This document shows, piece by piece, positions 11,893 through 24,997 of a stretch of 64,000 nucleotides of DNA (positions are counted from its first letter, which is position 1; every line of letters begins with the position of its first letter). Location of the stretch: the NCBI GenBank assembly GCA_951406725.2, contig OX597816.1:107136001-107200000 (forward strand). The letters are read 5' to 3'. A program made the translations under genes and the position numbers. The notes under the pieces are model-generated. The model was not told the DNA's origin, ran no database searches, and saw nothing but the letters and a program-made list of their open reading frames with translations. Source of the DNA: Octopus vulgaris (lineage: Eukaryota).

Positions 11893-13818
11893 GTGTCCGC
11901 ATGGATGATGGGGCACTTGCTTTTTACTACTAGTGAAAAGAAAGAGGCTTGGAGAAGCCATTATGAAAGACTGCTGAATGAGGAGAATGAATGGGAGGAG
12001 GAGAGCCTGCCAAATGTTGACCCAGTAGAGGGACCAGCTACCCGAATAGACAGCTCCCTTGTAGATAAGGCAATTAAGGATATGAAACCAGGCAAAGCCC
12101 CTGGCCTATCAGGAATCACTGCTGAGATGCTTAAAACAGCTGGCTATGTGGGCTATGCCATAGTCACCCGCATTGTAAACCAGGTGGTTCACAATGGAGT
12201 CATACCCAATGACTGGTGCAGCAGCACCATAGTCAACTGCTACAAGGGTAAGGGTGATGCTCTAGATAGAAATAACTACAGAGGTATCAAACTGTTGGAC
12301 CAGGTGATGAAGGTCTCAGAGAAGGTCATAACCAATCTCATTAGGGAGAGAATTTGTTTAGATGAAATGCAGTTCGGTTTTGTACCAGGTAGAAGCACCA
12401 CTGATGCTATATTCCTGGTCCGACAACTGCAGGAGAAGTACCTAGCTAAAGATAAACCCCTCTACATAGCTTTTGTAGACTTGGAGAAAGCCTTTGACAG
12501 GGTTCCCCGTTCCCTTATCTGGTGGTCGATGCGGAAACTGGAGATTGAAGAATGGCTAATAAGGGCTGTACAGGCTCTATACAGAGAGGCTGTCAGCAAG
12601 GTTAGGATTGGCAACGAATATAGTGAAGAATTCCGGGTAGAAGTAGGTGTGCACCAGGGCTCAGCCCTCAGTCCCCTTTTATTCATCATAGTCCTTCAGG
12701 CAATAACAGAGGAATTCAAAACGGGATGCCCCTGGGAGCTCCTCTATGCCGATGACCTAGCTCTCATAGCAGAATCACTACCGGAACTAGAAGAGAAATT
12801 TCGGGTGTGGAAGCAAGGGTTGGAATCAAAGGGCCTTAGAATAAATGTAGCAAAGACCAAAGTATTAGTAAGCAGCAAGAGGTACTCAGCACACATCCCC
12901 TCGGGTAGGTGGCCCTGCTCAACCTGTAGGAAAGGTACAGGTAGAAACTCCATAAGATGCACCCAATGTAAGTTATGGACACATAAGAGGTGCAGCAACA
13001 TTAAAGGGAAATTAACAGATAAGATAGCTTTCATGTGCGGCAGATGCACAGGGACAATAGACACAACAGACACTCAGAAAACAGATTCCATCACACTCCA
13101 GGGAGAGAAACTAGAAGTAGTTGATAGTTTCCGCTACCTGGGTGACCAAGTTAGTAGCGGAGGTGGATGCACAGAGAGTATCACCACTAGAATACGAATA
13201 GCCTGGGCAAAGTTCAGAAAGCTCCTACCCCTACTGGCAACAAAAGGTCTCTCCCTCAGAGCAAAAGGTAGATTGTATGATGCATGTGTGCGAACTGCCA
13301 TGCTTCACGGTAATGAAACATGGGCTGTGACTGCAGAAGACATGCGTAGACTTGAAAGAAATGAAGCTAGCATGATCCGCTGGATGTGTAGTGTCAGTGT
13401 GCACGCAAAACAGAGTGTAAGTATCCTGAGAGAAATGCTGGATATAAGAAGCATCAGATGTGGTGTGCAAGAGCGACGCTTGCGATGGTATGGTCATGTG
13501 CTGCGGATGGATGAAGAGAGATGTGTGAAGAAGTGCCACTCCCAAACAGTTGAAGGTATCAGGGGGAGAGGTAGACCCAGGAAGACATGGGATGAGGTGG
13601 TCAAGCATGACCTCAGAGCATTGGGCCTCACTGAGGCAATGGCGAAGGACCGAGATCTCTGGAGATATGCTGTGACTACAAAGACCCGGGCTGCTTTCTG
13701 CAGCAATTCCACATACCCCCTACCCATTCTAAGTACCCCGGATCCCCAAAGTACCCTGGATCCCCAAAGTACTCCGATCCCCAAAGTACCCCGGACCTCG
13801 TTGCCCCCGTGCCGCTGA
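11893..13818 (+). CDS. Reverse transcriptase portion of RTE ORF (641 aa open segment) with C4HC3 finger
   Basis: GKAPG, NYRGIKLL, QFGF, DLEKAFD, GVHQGSALSP, YADD, then CSTC-CTQC-HKRC-CGRC, then FRYLG and the RTE C-terminal RRLRWYGHV. Confidence 0.9.
   Translation: MSAWMMGHLLFTTSEKKEAWRSHYERLLNEENEWEEESLPNVDPVEGPATRIDSSLVDKAIKDMKPGKAPGLSGITAEMLKTAGYVGYAIVTRIVNQVVHNGVIPNDWCSSTIVNCYKGKGDALDRNNYRGIKLLDQVMKVSEKVITNLIRERICLDEMQFGFVPGRSTTDAIFLVRQLQEKYLAKDKPLYIAFVDLEKAFDRVPRSLIWWSMRKLEIEEWLIRAVQALYREAVSKVRIGNEYSEEFRVEVGVHQGSALSPLLFIIVLQAITEEFKTGCPWELLYADDLALIAESLPELEEKFRVWKQGLESKGLRINVAKTKVLVSSKRYSAHIPSGRWPCSTCRKGTGRNSIRCTQCKLWTHKRCSNIKGKLTDKIAFMCGRCTGTIDTTDTQKTDSITLQGEKLEVVDSFRYLGDQVSSGGGCTESITTRIRIAWAKFRKLLPLLATKGLSLRAKGRLYDACVRTAMLHGNETWAVTAEDMRRLERNEASMIRWMCSVSVHAKQSVSILREMLDIRSIRCGVQERRLRWYGHVLRMDEERCVKKCHSQTVEGIRGRGRPRKTWDEVVKHDLRALGLTEAMAKDRDLWRYAVTTKTRAAFCSNSTYPLPILSTPDPQSTLDPQSTPIPKVPRTSLPPCR
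13731..13797 (+). repeat. 17-18 bp minisatellite x ~4 (aagtaccccggatcccca) extending the copy B ORF
   Basis: Directly visible. Translates as STPDPQ STLDPQ STPIPK. Confidence 0.85.
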
Positions 13819-14068
13819 CACGTTAAAATGCTCGAACCGATCGTGACGATGCTGGACCCTCCGGCCCCTGTGCAGGTGGCACGTAAAAAGCACCCAATCC
13901 ACTCACGGAGTGGTTGGCGTTAGGAAGGGCATCCAGCCGTAGAAACTCTGCCAGATTCAGACTGGAGCCTGGAGCGGCCCCTGGCTTCCCAGACCCGGTC
14001 GAACCGTCCAACCCGTGCTAGCGCGGAAAGCGGACGTTAAATGATGATGATGATGATGATGATATATA

Positions 14069-14260
14069 TCTTTATATATATAAAACTGAGAATGTGTGTC
14101 TGTCTGTCTGTGTGTTTCCCTAAAACTTGAGAACTGCACAACCAATTTCATTCAAATTTTACACATGCCTTACTTAGGGTCCATGTAGTTTCATGGGCAA
14201 AAAAAAAATGTTCAACTTCTTGCCTAGAGCAAGCCCATAGCAATATCATATCTTCTCCAC
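14069..14260 (+). mobile_element. Possible Helitron-type 5' end
   Basis: tctttatatatataaaactgagaatgtgtgtctgtctgtc...caaccaatttcattcaaatttt resembles non-autonomous Helitron 5' ends. No 3' CTAG end identified. Confidence 0.4.
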
Positions 14261-17175
14261 TATTTCAGTATTATGTGTTAAAAGTGAAACAAAAACGTTT
14301 CTCTATTTTATGTCAGATACTTTCACTTTAACAATAAAAATAATAATAACAATTGAATTATATGTAGTAAGTAATAATTAAAATCAAACTAAAGTATAAT
14401 ATAATCGTAACATAACAAAAGTAAAAATAGCAATTGGTATAAAATTGCATCAATGACTTGAACTTGAATAAGTGGTTTCACATGAATGGGAATAAATTAA
14501 AAATAAAATTAGTATGCAGAAATAGAATAGTCCAGATGGATAATAAAAAATTAAATTAAAGAAAAGACTATTGTCTATAAAGTATACAATGTAGAGAAAA
14601 AAGAAGATTTGAACGCATGGAGGAAAGCACCTTCGAAAAGTATCTTGGTGTGACTATGAAAGATATCTAATCAGAGGCGGTAAGTTCGCCACAATAGAAG
14701 CAAGGTTCGAGTCAACGGAGCGTGCAAGGGAGTACTTGACTCAAACTTGCAAAGTGGAAATATTTTATTTTTACCTTTATATCTGGGACATAGGATGTCC
14801 CGGAAAAAAATTTTAAATGCCCCCCACCCCCCACCCCAGAAGTAGAGGTAGGCTGGATTGTACCAACACTTCTATACAAGAGGGAGGACAAGATACAATT
14901 GATTGAAATTACAAGAGACGGGCTAACAATTCCAGTCTGTTATATATTTTGAGTATTGTTATCACTAGCGATATCAAGATATAACTTTGTATTTTGTATT
15001 TTATGTGTAGATGTATATATATAGATGTACATGTGATATGTACACATATATATACATGCACTAGCACTATGACTCGGCCACGACGGGTCTTTAATGCTAG
15101 TATACATATATGTATATATATATATATCATCGTCGTCATCATCATCATCTTTTAATGTCCATTTTCCGTGCAGGCAAGGGATGGATGGTTTTACTAGAGC
15201 TGGCAAGCTGGAGAGTTGTACCAGGTTCCAGTTTGATTTAGCCTGGTTTCTACAGGTTGATGCCCTTCTAATGCCAACCACTTTACAGTGTGTACTGAGT
15301 GCTTTTATGTGGCACAGGCACAAGAGCTTTTTACATGGCACTAGCACAGGACTCTTGTAGGCCAGTCCTCTTCCCCGGGGGAGTGGCCTTAACACTTCTA
15401 CTGTGGCGGACTTGTCTTCTTGTGTGCATTTATTTGTATTTACATATATGTATAGAAGGAGGAGGGCCCCTTTGGTCATAAATGATCATGGGATTGTATG
15501 TGAAAGTTCCTCTCCGAGGTACAAGTCCGGGAAAGGTTGTTTATGGAGAGCCAGCAGTTGCCCATGCATAGCAGCCTCTCCTCTCCATGCTCCATGCCAC
15601 CAATGTCATTCAGGAGAAAGGCAAAGGCTGATACAGTTTGGCTCTTGTGACATCGCAACTCATTTCTACAGCTGAGTGAACTGGAGCAATGTGATATAAA
15701 GCGACTTGCTCAAGAACACAACAGAGAGCTCTGTTCAGGAATCAAACTCAATACCTCATGATTGTGAGTCCAATGCTCTAACCACTGATGTATGTATGTA
15801 TACATCTAACCAGAAGAGAGAAAGAAAAAATACTAATTTTATGTCTCAAGATATTCATAGTTATGTATGCATAGGCACAGGTGTGGCTGTGTGGTAAAAA
15901 GCTTGCTTCCCAACCACATAGTTCTGGGTTCAGTCCCACTGTGTGGCACCTTTGGCAAGTGTCTTCTAGTATAGCCTCGGGCTGACCAAAGCCTTGTGAG
16001 TGGATTTGTTAAACTGAAAGAATCCTGTTGTGCATGTGTGTGTGTATATATATATATATGTATGTATTTATGTGTGTCTTTGTCCCCGTAACCTAGCAGT
16101 TCAGCAAAAGAGACTGGTAGAATAAATACTAGGCTTACAAAGATTAAGTCCTAGCGTCGATTTCTTTGACTAAAGGTAGTGCTCCAGTATGGCTGGTTTC
16201 AAATGACTGAAATGTGTAAAAAAGCATATATATGTGTAAGAGTAAATACCTTATCATCATCATTGTCATCACTTTCTTTTTACATCAATAGGTTTTCTTG
16301 CTCAGTCTAGTAATAGCATTTCTTGTATTTATTACCTTTCTATTGCAAATTTTTCTGTTGTTGTTCACATGTTAGCATAAACTGGAATCACATCCCAAAT
16401 CAATTATCTCCTTGGTTACTGCATAAGTTAGTAAGGTCAAGTTTATCTTGGTCAACTTTGATTCACCTGATATTTCCTGGCCTCTTATCTTTTATATGGC
16501 ATTTAATATTATCATTACTTTTTCTTTTGATTATCAAGGTTTTATTGTCTAATCTCAGAATGGCTGAATAATTAAGTAATTCACTTTGAAACCACAAGAT
16601 CTTGGGTTCAATCTCAATGTGTGATATTTTGAGCATAAGCCATTTTCTCAAACTTGAGTCAATTAATACCTTGTGAGTGAAATTAGGAAGACACAAATTA
16701 CATAGTAGACTTTCAGGTAGCTTGCACCTGAATTTCAAAATATACAACCTTGTCACATCTGTGGCATACTGATTTGTTTGGAGAACTATGTTTACCTTTT
16801 TATTGGAGGAAGCAGATATATCTGCTCAAAATTTCATTACCCTTAGCTGTGGAAAGCAGTTTTATATTCCAATATACTTTTTGTTGCAGAATGTCATATT
16901 TGAAATTGTTTTCTGTTGAAATATGTCCAACCCTTTCATTACCATATTTTTCTACTTTCGTACACTACTTTAGTTTCAATAAATTTTGAAAATAATGAAG
17001 AATTATAGGTGCAGGCATTGCTGTGCGGTTTCCTAACCACATAGTTCCAGGTTCAGTTCCACTACATGACACTTTGGACAAGTGTCTTCTGTTATAGCCT
17101 CAGGCTAACCAAAGCTTTGTGTATAAAGCAATAACAGCAGCAGCAATGAAATGGCGTGTGCACACACACACACAG

Positions 17176-17505
17176 AAATATGTTGCAGCAATAGACACCA
17201 CCTTTAAGGTCAGGCTAAATAACCACAGGTCGTCCTCTTTTAGTATCCCTGTGTAGTGAAATGTTACAACATTAGCCAGCTATGTATGGCAATTAAAAGA
17301 AAAGGGAATGCCATACAAAATTAACTAGAAGCTGTTAGAACAGCCTGAGCCATATTTCAACAGAAGCAGATGGTGCAAACTTTGCTTGGCCAAGAGGAAA
17401 ATGACGCTAAAACATTCACACAATATGGATACTTTCTTGAATTAAAAAAAGAAATTTTTAGCTGATGCCTTCATGAAAGAAAATTTATTTTCGAAATGTG
17501 GTCTT
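17176..17505 (+). mobile_element. Penelope-like GIY-YIG endonuclease 3' fragment
   Basis: KYVAAIDTTFKVRLNNHRSS..LASYVWQLKEKGMPYKIN*KLL..PY..RWCKLCL matches the Penelope GIY-YIG C-terminal pattern. Confidence 0.75.
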
Positions 17506-18317
17506 CTATGTTTTCAGACTAGAGAATAGAAAAAATATATCCTGACTAACCCATTTTAGCCACAGCTGGAATCGTTCAAGGGAAGGTAACTCTTCTTAAC
17601 ATCTCAGAAAGGTTTGTTTTTGTTTTGGATTTTTTCACCACTAAACTGGCCAAGACTGTATATTTACCTCCTTTAGTAAGGAAACTATGTACTTTTGGCC
17701 AGGAGGTCTGATAAGCTGCTTGTATTGCTAAGTGTAATAGTATATGGGAAACCAATGATATCTTTCTCATCAGTTATGTTCCATAACCAAGGATATACTA
17801 CCTAAGTACATAACATTTATATATATATGTATAGTTTAGGACAATCGGTAAGTTGTCTTCATAGTACTTGGAGTTTCAAATGCTCTGGGAATCGAAACCG
17901 CGATCCTCCTACTGCGAGTTTGCTGCCCTAACCACTGGGCTATTGCGCCCTCACACATAGCTGAGTACCCCTGTTTAAGTAATTATTACATCAAAGGATC
18001 TGCTACGTAGGAAACGTGTGTAACCTGGATTTTACCTGTTCCACTCTCTCATTTTGGACTTTTATTTGCATTCATAGCAACTCTAGTTGCTTACTATGAG
18101 CTATACAAACATTTATTTCAGCTTATTGAACTTCAATATGAGAAAAGCCAATAACCTTTGATGCCAGTAAATTATTGTTCCTGAATGTTTCTTTTTTTAC
18201 ATACCACAGACTGCTTGAAGCCTACAAACTTCCTACACTTAGATCATTTCATCTTACGATCACTCCCCACACACATACATGCATGCATGGAAAAAGGCCT
18301 ATCTGTCTATCTATCTG

Positions 18318-18412
<95 letters not shown>

Positions 18413-19167
18413 GCCTACCTACTTATCTGTCTGTCTAGCTGTCTGTATGCTGTCTATCTATCTGTCTGTCTGTCTTTCTATCTTTCTATATATAATGGGG
18501 TATGCATCTGAGTACATGTGTGATTTCATACATTTCTAAGAGTTTTGCTATATCTCTATATCCACCTCTTTTATTTATTCTACTATTTAGATTGTAATTT
18601 TTACTTTGTTCTACTTTTATCTATGATATTTTATGACTCTGTAAATACTATCTAATTCTGTTTCCAATACTGTGATAGATTAATGGTACGATCTTTTCAA
18701 TATAAGTAGTTTTATAGCGCTTTTTATGTGACCCTTTAAACTGAAACGAGACTATGTATCTGCCATTTATCATGATATCTCTCTTTCAAACTACTGGACA
18801 ACTATAAATATATATCATTATACACAGCTTCTCACTTTCCATAACACTTGTAATGAAATGAGGTGCAATGGAAAATTACATAAAAGTAATTTTATGCACT
18901 CATTATTTAATTGTCATTGAAACACATGTAAAGATGTCATAAATAAATAATTTCATTTTGTATTATTCTGTTTGTACTATTATAGGATAAACACTTGTGT
19001 GCTGAGGGTGTTGCTGTACTCCATCTCCGACTGAAGGACTTGATGTCTCATAAGTCAGTGAAGCAGCTCTGTAGCTGTTTTGGCCTCTTCCATCAAAAAA
19101 CTCACCCACTGGTGTAGGTAACAGTTAGATATTGTGATTCTTGGCCAGATGTTTCTACCATCCTCAC

Positions 19168-19335
19168 TGTTCAGTTCTATATTTAAGAGATGAGGAATTA
19201 TATACATTATTTACATTTGATGGATATTTGTCCTCATCTTGTTTGTTTCAGCTGATATACTCTCCAGCCTTCATCAGGGAAATGTCTTGGGGAAATTTCA
19301 AACCTGGGTTCTCATCCTTAAGGTATTTTTCGATG
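19168..19335 (-). mobile_element. Short repeat carrying a degenerate hammerhead-like motif
   Basis: Minus strand reads CTGATGA-aggctg-gagagtatat-cagct-GAAAC. The stem III and 3' stem I portion is missing. Confidence 0.5.
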
Positions 19336-19857
19336 TTATTATTATTACTATTATTAAGGTCACTGCCAGGAATCGGACTCAGAATCTTGGGGTTAGTAGC
19401 TTGCGCTCTTAACCACTATGCCATATGCCTTTCTTGCTGCACCTCTTGTCTTTTCTCTTTTGAGTCAAATATAATGGCTAGCTTTCTCATTCATTCGTTC
19501 ATCCATCCATCCACACACACACACACACACACACATACATACATACATACATACATACATACATAGAAAATGGTGTGGATTCCCCAAATCCAATCTATTA
19601 GTGGTACAGTGAAGAATTATAAGACATTCCAAAAATTCTCCATCTGAGATTCTTATATGAATAGATGCATACACTTGGATGTATACATCAACGCTTCAAC
19701 CAACATGCTAACTCAATCACATATTTACAAACACCGAGAGCTCTCTGAACTCAAAAAGTCTTATTGCTTTGTCAGCAACTGGCTTGAACTCTTTCAAGAA
19801 CTTAAATTAAACTCAACAAGAAATCATACACATATACAGACATATGTACATATGTAC

Positions 19858-20125
19858 ATCATCATCATCATCATCATCATCATTTAACGTCTGTTTTCCA
19901 TGCTAGCATGGATTGGACAGTTTGACCGGCGTCTGGTAAGCCAGGAGGCTGCGCCAGGCTCCAATCTGATCTGATAGTGTTTCTACAGCTGGATGCCCTT
20001 CCTAACGCCAACCACTCCATGAGTGTAGTGGGTGCTTTTTATGTGCCACCGGCACAGGAGCCAGAGGAGGCTGGCAAACGGCCACAGTCGGTTGGTGCTT
20101 TTTATGTGTCACTGACAATCAGGCA
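19858..20125 (-). mobile_element. RTE 3'-tail fragment (very short 5'-truncated copy)
   Basis: Reverse complement of the 5040-5270 tail. Related pieces at 15127-15350(-), 52030-52500(+), 52565-52660(-) and 56590-56925(+). Confidence 0.85.
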
Positions 20126-20858
20126 GCGATATATATGTACATATATGTAGATACATACATATATACATATAAACATATGTAGATACATATATGTGTGTGT
20201 GTATGTGTGTAATAGTTAATTTTCTATTTACTTATAAATTAACTAGTGAAAAAATATCAATAAAACTAAATAATAAAATATTGTGCGGATGTGTGATAAA
20301 ACTATATGTACATGGTCACAGTCTAATCACTGAAGCAAGTAAATGAATAGAGGAATAGCAGAATGCATGTGAATATATATGTTAAAACACATACTGTAAT
20401 GATCAGAAACAGAATAACAGCTGGAACCAGAATGAATTAACAGCATTAGCAGATCAGTTGGAGCAATGGAATTAATTGGATTTAGAATCAACTCAGTTAC
20501 AAAATATGCTTGAGTTTCATATTTTTCCATCATAAAATTATGTAAGCTTATAATGACATTTTAAATATTTCTTTGTTTGTTTGTAAGCTGTGCACATGCT
20601 CTCTCTCTCTCTCTCTCTCTGTCTTTGACTCTTTAACACACTCAGATATTTGCAGACATACACATGTGCACACACACACATACACACACACAGACATTAC
20701 ATGTGTCGATCACATGAAATGGAAGATATTTGAAGGTTAGAGACCTTCTTGTTACATAGACTATTAATGTAGGTAGAGAAGAAATTATGCTAGACATTTG
20801 AAAAGTAAAAGAAAATAGATTAGAGCAAGATCCATTGATACACACTCTTCTCTACATG

Positions 20859-20904
<46 letters not shown>

Positions 20905-21229
20905 GCATGTATGTATGTAAAGCATGTATGTATGTATGCATGTAAAGCATGTATGTATGTATGTGTGTATGTATGCATGTATGTATTTATGTATATATGG
21001 TTGCTCTTCAGTGCTACTGGTACCATGTAGTCCAGTACAACCTGTTCCATGGTCGGGTCATTGGCAACTAAACTGGCAACCCCACCAAGCTTGCTTGGTG
21101 AGGTGGGTGTTTATTGAACACCCTGCAGGACAAAAAATAAGACCTGTCAAAGGGCAGAGGAACTACAAAGTAGTCAACAGCCATTCAGCTACTGAGGTGA
21201 GTAGCCGATTGTTTTGAATTGCTCTCGAT

Positions 21230-22009
21230 AGAGTTTGTTTTTTTACAGTAGCAACCTTGAATGGTGGCAATCAGATAACTGACTGAAGGATAGAAAGCCT
21301 TTATTTTTAGAGCACAGTTAGTGCAGTAGTTTGGAGAAGCAGGTTACATGGAAGAGCTTAGGGTACATAACTTGCAATGTTTTTCCAGCAGTTACCATAT
21401 ACCTACCAGCATCAGACAATAAGAGGAGAAAATTTTCTCTTGGAACTGTCACTTTCTGGCGAATCATTGATGATCTGAGCAGTGACTGTGGCAGTTAGAG
21501 CTGATTTAAGTGTCAAACATTCTAGTAAGAGCATTGTCTGCTGATTTTTAGCTGAATCAGTAAGTACATTAACAATTTTTTTGTCATCAGTCTCACTTTC
21601 ATCAACAATTAAAAATACATTTTGATCATCCAGGCAGCTCCTGCAATTTTCAACCATGGTTGCACTAAGCATGTAGATTGAACTGGTAATGGCTTATTGA
21701 CTGAATCAAAGAGACTTCTCATTCTTGGATTAGTGTGCTTGTGCAAAACCTTAAGAAATGCTTTGGTCACCATTGCACCCCAAGATTTATTGCTTTCAAT
21801 AAATTTAAACGATTTGATTGGTGGCTGTTCAATTTTTGTAGTCTTTTAAAGATAGTTTTAATGTTTTTGCTCATTGTATGTGACTCAACAAAATGCCTTT
21901 GACATCGTTTTTGACATCAATGAGGCACAGTCTGCAGTATAATTGATTATTGTGACTCAATACAAATTTTCAAGAGCTTTGTCTTCTGACTTGTTTTTGG
22001 TTTTGGCAT
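21230..22009 (-). pseudogene. Decayed hAT/CGGBP1-like transposase
   Basis: MPKPKTS..., NQLYCRLC (BED-like finger), MVTKAFL, VFLIVDESETD (first catalytic D region). Many stops and frameshifts. Confidence 0.6.
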
Positions 22010-22899
22010 CTGAGTTAAGAACAAGAAAATCATAATAATCAAAATTAAAATTACTTGGAACAGGAAAAAGAAGTGCAATAAGAGAACTCTACACTTAACT
22101 TCAAAAAGACCTAGCAATGCAACAGTTAAAGAAAATGATTCAATTCAATTAACCTTAGATAAAAATTTGCATAATTGTTAATAACAAAATTAAATGATAC
22201 ATAAAAAATATACATCGAAATATTATTGAGAAACAACTAGTATACTGTATATTTAATGAAAAGAATAACAAGGAAAAGAACTTACTTTCGATGGTAAATT
22301 TAAAATTCCAAAATAACAGGCACAAAGAATTAAAACTTAAATTCACTTACAACTGGATGGTGATAAATAATTCTATTCTTAAAAAGGCCTGTCTCATGAA
22401 TCGGAAAAAAAAGATGCAGATAATCAATATTCTTTTCTACTCTAGGCACAAGGCCTGAAATTTGGAGGGCGGGGGATAGTCGATTAGACCAACCCCTCTC
22501 TTATATAATTCTAGTTGCATATTTTTTTTGTTAATCTCAGAATGTGACACCGAGCTTTACATCACAAACCAACCTGCCAGTTCTAACTCACATATAAAAT
22601 CCGCAGAAGAAATCCACTACCTTGAAATACATACAATCAGAAATATCACCAAACCCTCACACGTAAACCACTTTCCCACACTCTTCAAGATTTCTGAATA
22701 AAATAAATACAACCTCCATTTTAAAAGGATCTCACAGACGAGTGTGATTGATATTACAAGTAACTGTGAACCATCGACCTTTTCAATATCTTTTTTTTTT
22801 TTTTTACTGAGGTTACATTCCGTGAATATTATACTTTTAAATAGCACTTTCACGTCATGCATTCTGATTTAACAGGAAGGAAAAAAGCTAGGAAAATGA

Positions 22900-24932
22900 A
22901 AGTATAAAAACAGAAAAAAATTACAGGTAGAATTTTCTCTTAAAATTATAGCCATACTCTCCAGAGCACATTGCCAAAAGCTGTTTCTCCCCAAGACTGA
23001 GAACTTTATTAAGAGACTCAGTTGAAAGCCTGTTATTTTGGAAATAGTGACAGGAAAATTATATCGAAATTCAAAGATAAATTCAGATCAACAAAATATT
23101 CTCTCTTTAACATACTTTTCGCTAAATTCAACAAATTATCTTCCAAGCATTTAGAAACATACCTACACAAACAATTTCCAGATGAGAAAAAAAAAAAAAA
23201 AAAAAAACTTCAATTAAGAACAGACCATCATCACATTCTAGAATCAAGGAAAAAAAGTATTGTACAAAACAAATCTGGTAATTTGTCACAAATCACCGAC
23301 TCTATTTCCAACTCATAAACGGAAACTCGTCGCAAAACTCTTATTGGTATTAACACGGAAGTCGTAGAAATAATCACAAAGCTCTCTATGGATGGTAGAG
23401 TAGGAATTCGTGTACAAAAGAACCCAATCATTACATTTAAAGGCCGCAAACCTAACATCCATACTAACTGATTAACATTACTAATCGATCCGACTAATTT
23501 CTCCAACTAGATAAAGAAAGAAAACCTTAGACTGTATATCTAATAGGAAAAAAATCACACCTCATAGTTTATATACAAAAAACACCCTCCCCAAAAAAAC
23601 CAAATGTGGTATTAAAATTGTTCAAGATCATACAAAAGAAAGACAACTATACATTCACATTGCAAGTCTAGCAACTACTACACTTCTATTATCAAGAACC
23701 TTTTAGAAACGCTTTCCTACACTAACCAATTCTCTCTCATCTGCAATAAAACTGAAAACAACATCCTACACTCAATGGAAATATTACTCTTATTCAACAG
23801 CAACAATTTCAATAAAAAATAACTCTAACGAACTCTTTAACATCAGCAGGAGAACGTTCGATTCCACTATAGTAAGGGATCTGGTCGGCTTAATTCTTTC
23901 CTACAAAATACACTCTAAATGAACCCCAATCAACGGAGGCCTCTGCAGTAATGATGGCCTTTTGATCCTAAATACTAAAGAATTGCACAGGTTAAAGAAA
24001 GATATTTCCTTCCAAACATTTCTGCTGTATCGTTATAGCAAACATTAATATTAAAACAGTAGAGTCTCAGGAACGTCGATCTCAACACAAGCAACACATC
24101 ATACTATACACACGTACTTAACTGAATCACTCACCCTTAATAATTACAAACCTTCCTCCAAATATTTCACTTAGACTCTCTGAACTCTCGTTCAGCGAAG
24201 CATCCTTCAACAACAACGCTCACTTATCACAGCGCTCTAAAATTAAGTGACTTAAAAGAGAAGATAACAAATACCTCCAATTGCGACTAGATAAAAACTA
24301 AAATTGAGAAAGAAAATTCATTTAGTACCATCCTCCTGTTAACCTCCAAGTAATCATGCCCATCGCCAGGTTCTTCCTTAAATTTGCCTGCAAACGCTGA
24401 CAGCCCCCACAAAGGATCACTAGTGCTTCAACACAAGCATGCTAAAAGTCTCTCGTTTCCTCGACTCAGATCGCACCCAAGCCCTCTCAAACAACAATCA
24501 TAGAAACTTAATACGCATCAAACTTGATCATAAGACCTTGCAACTGCGAAATTTATACAACTGTCCCCTTAGTAATAAATGCGAAAGCAAAGACAATCAA
24601 TTCAACAAATATAACTGCATATTCTTCATAGCAAAAATACCACATTGGTCTTACTCCAAGCGAGTTCAAACTTCGTTATCTAGCAACTATATTCATTCAG
24701 GTATATCGAAAAACTATCGCTCATCAAGCTAACTAAATATGGAACCTCGGTTAACTGGAGTACGCTGGATAGTGCAATGGTATACAATTCAGCATCAAAA
24801 TCCCGATCCTTATGTATTTCCGAAAAGAGAAATCCTCTTTAGCTTTCACAACATAAACAATCTCAAAACCAGACTAATTTCTTTATACAGCTAAAGAATC
24901 TCTTCTCCTTTTCGTTAAAAACTTCAAACATC

Positions 24933-24935
<3 letters not shown>
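22900..24935 (+). mobile_element. Highly decayed Penelope-like element (RT + GIY-YIG)
   Basis: Relics in the expected order: VQNKSGN (ADKSGN-like), IITFKGRKPN (FITLKDHKPN-like), NGGLCSNDGL (GLYRDDGL-like), NCPLSNKC, IGLTPSEFKLRY, LCISEK. Confidence 0.7.

Positions 24936-24996
<61 letters not shown>

Positions 24997-24997
<1 letters not shown>

Larger units (their letters stand above)
10290..14063 (+). mobile_element. Near full-length RTE-clade LINE (copy B): APE endonuclease + RT with PHD-like insert; inactivated
   Basis: C-rich 5' UTR and ATG at 10513. APE motifs GTINVGTL, CCIQEVRW, SAYAPQ, GGDFNGHVG, QIDFIL and QHRL, followed by RT. (GAT)n tail; (TA)n on both flanks. Frameshifts near 10660, 11015, 11705 and 11925, and a TAG near 11449. 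Confidence 0.95.

Noticed and set aside
22351-22388. Minus-strand 38-nt exon-like segment (LFKNRIIYHHPV)
   Set aside because: Has splice signals but lies just upstream of the decayed hAT-like transposase; no independent support.
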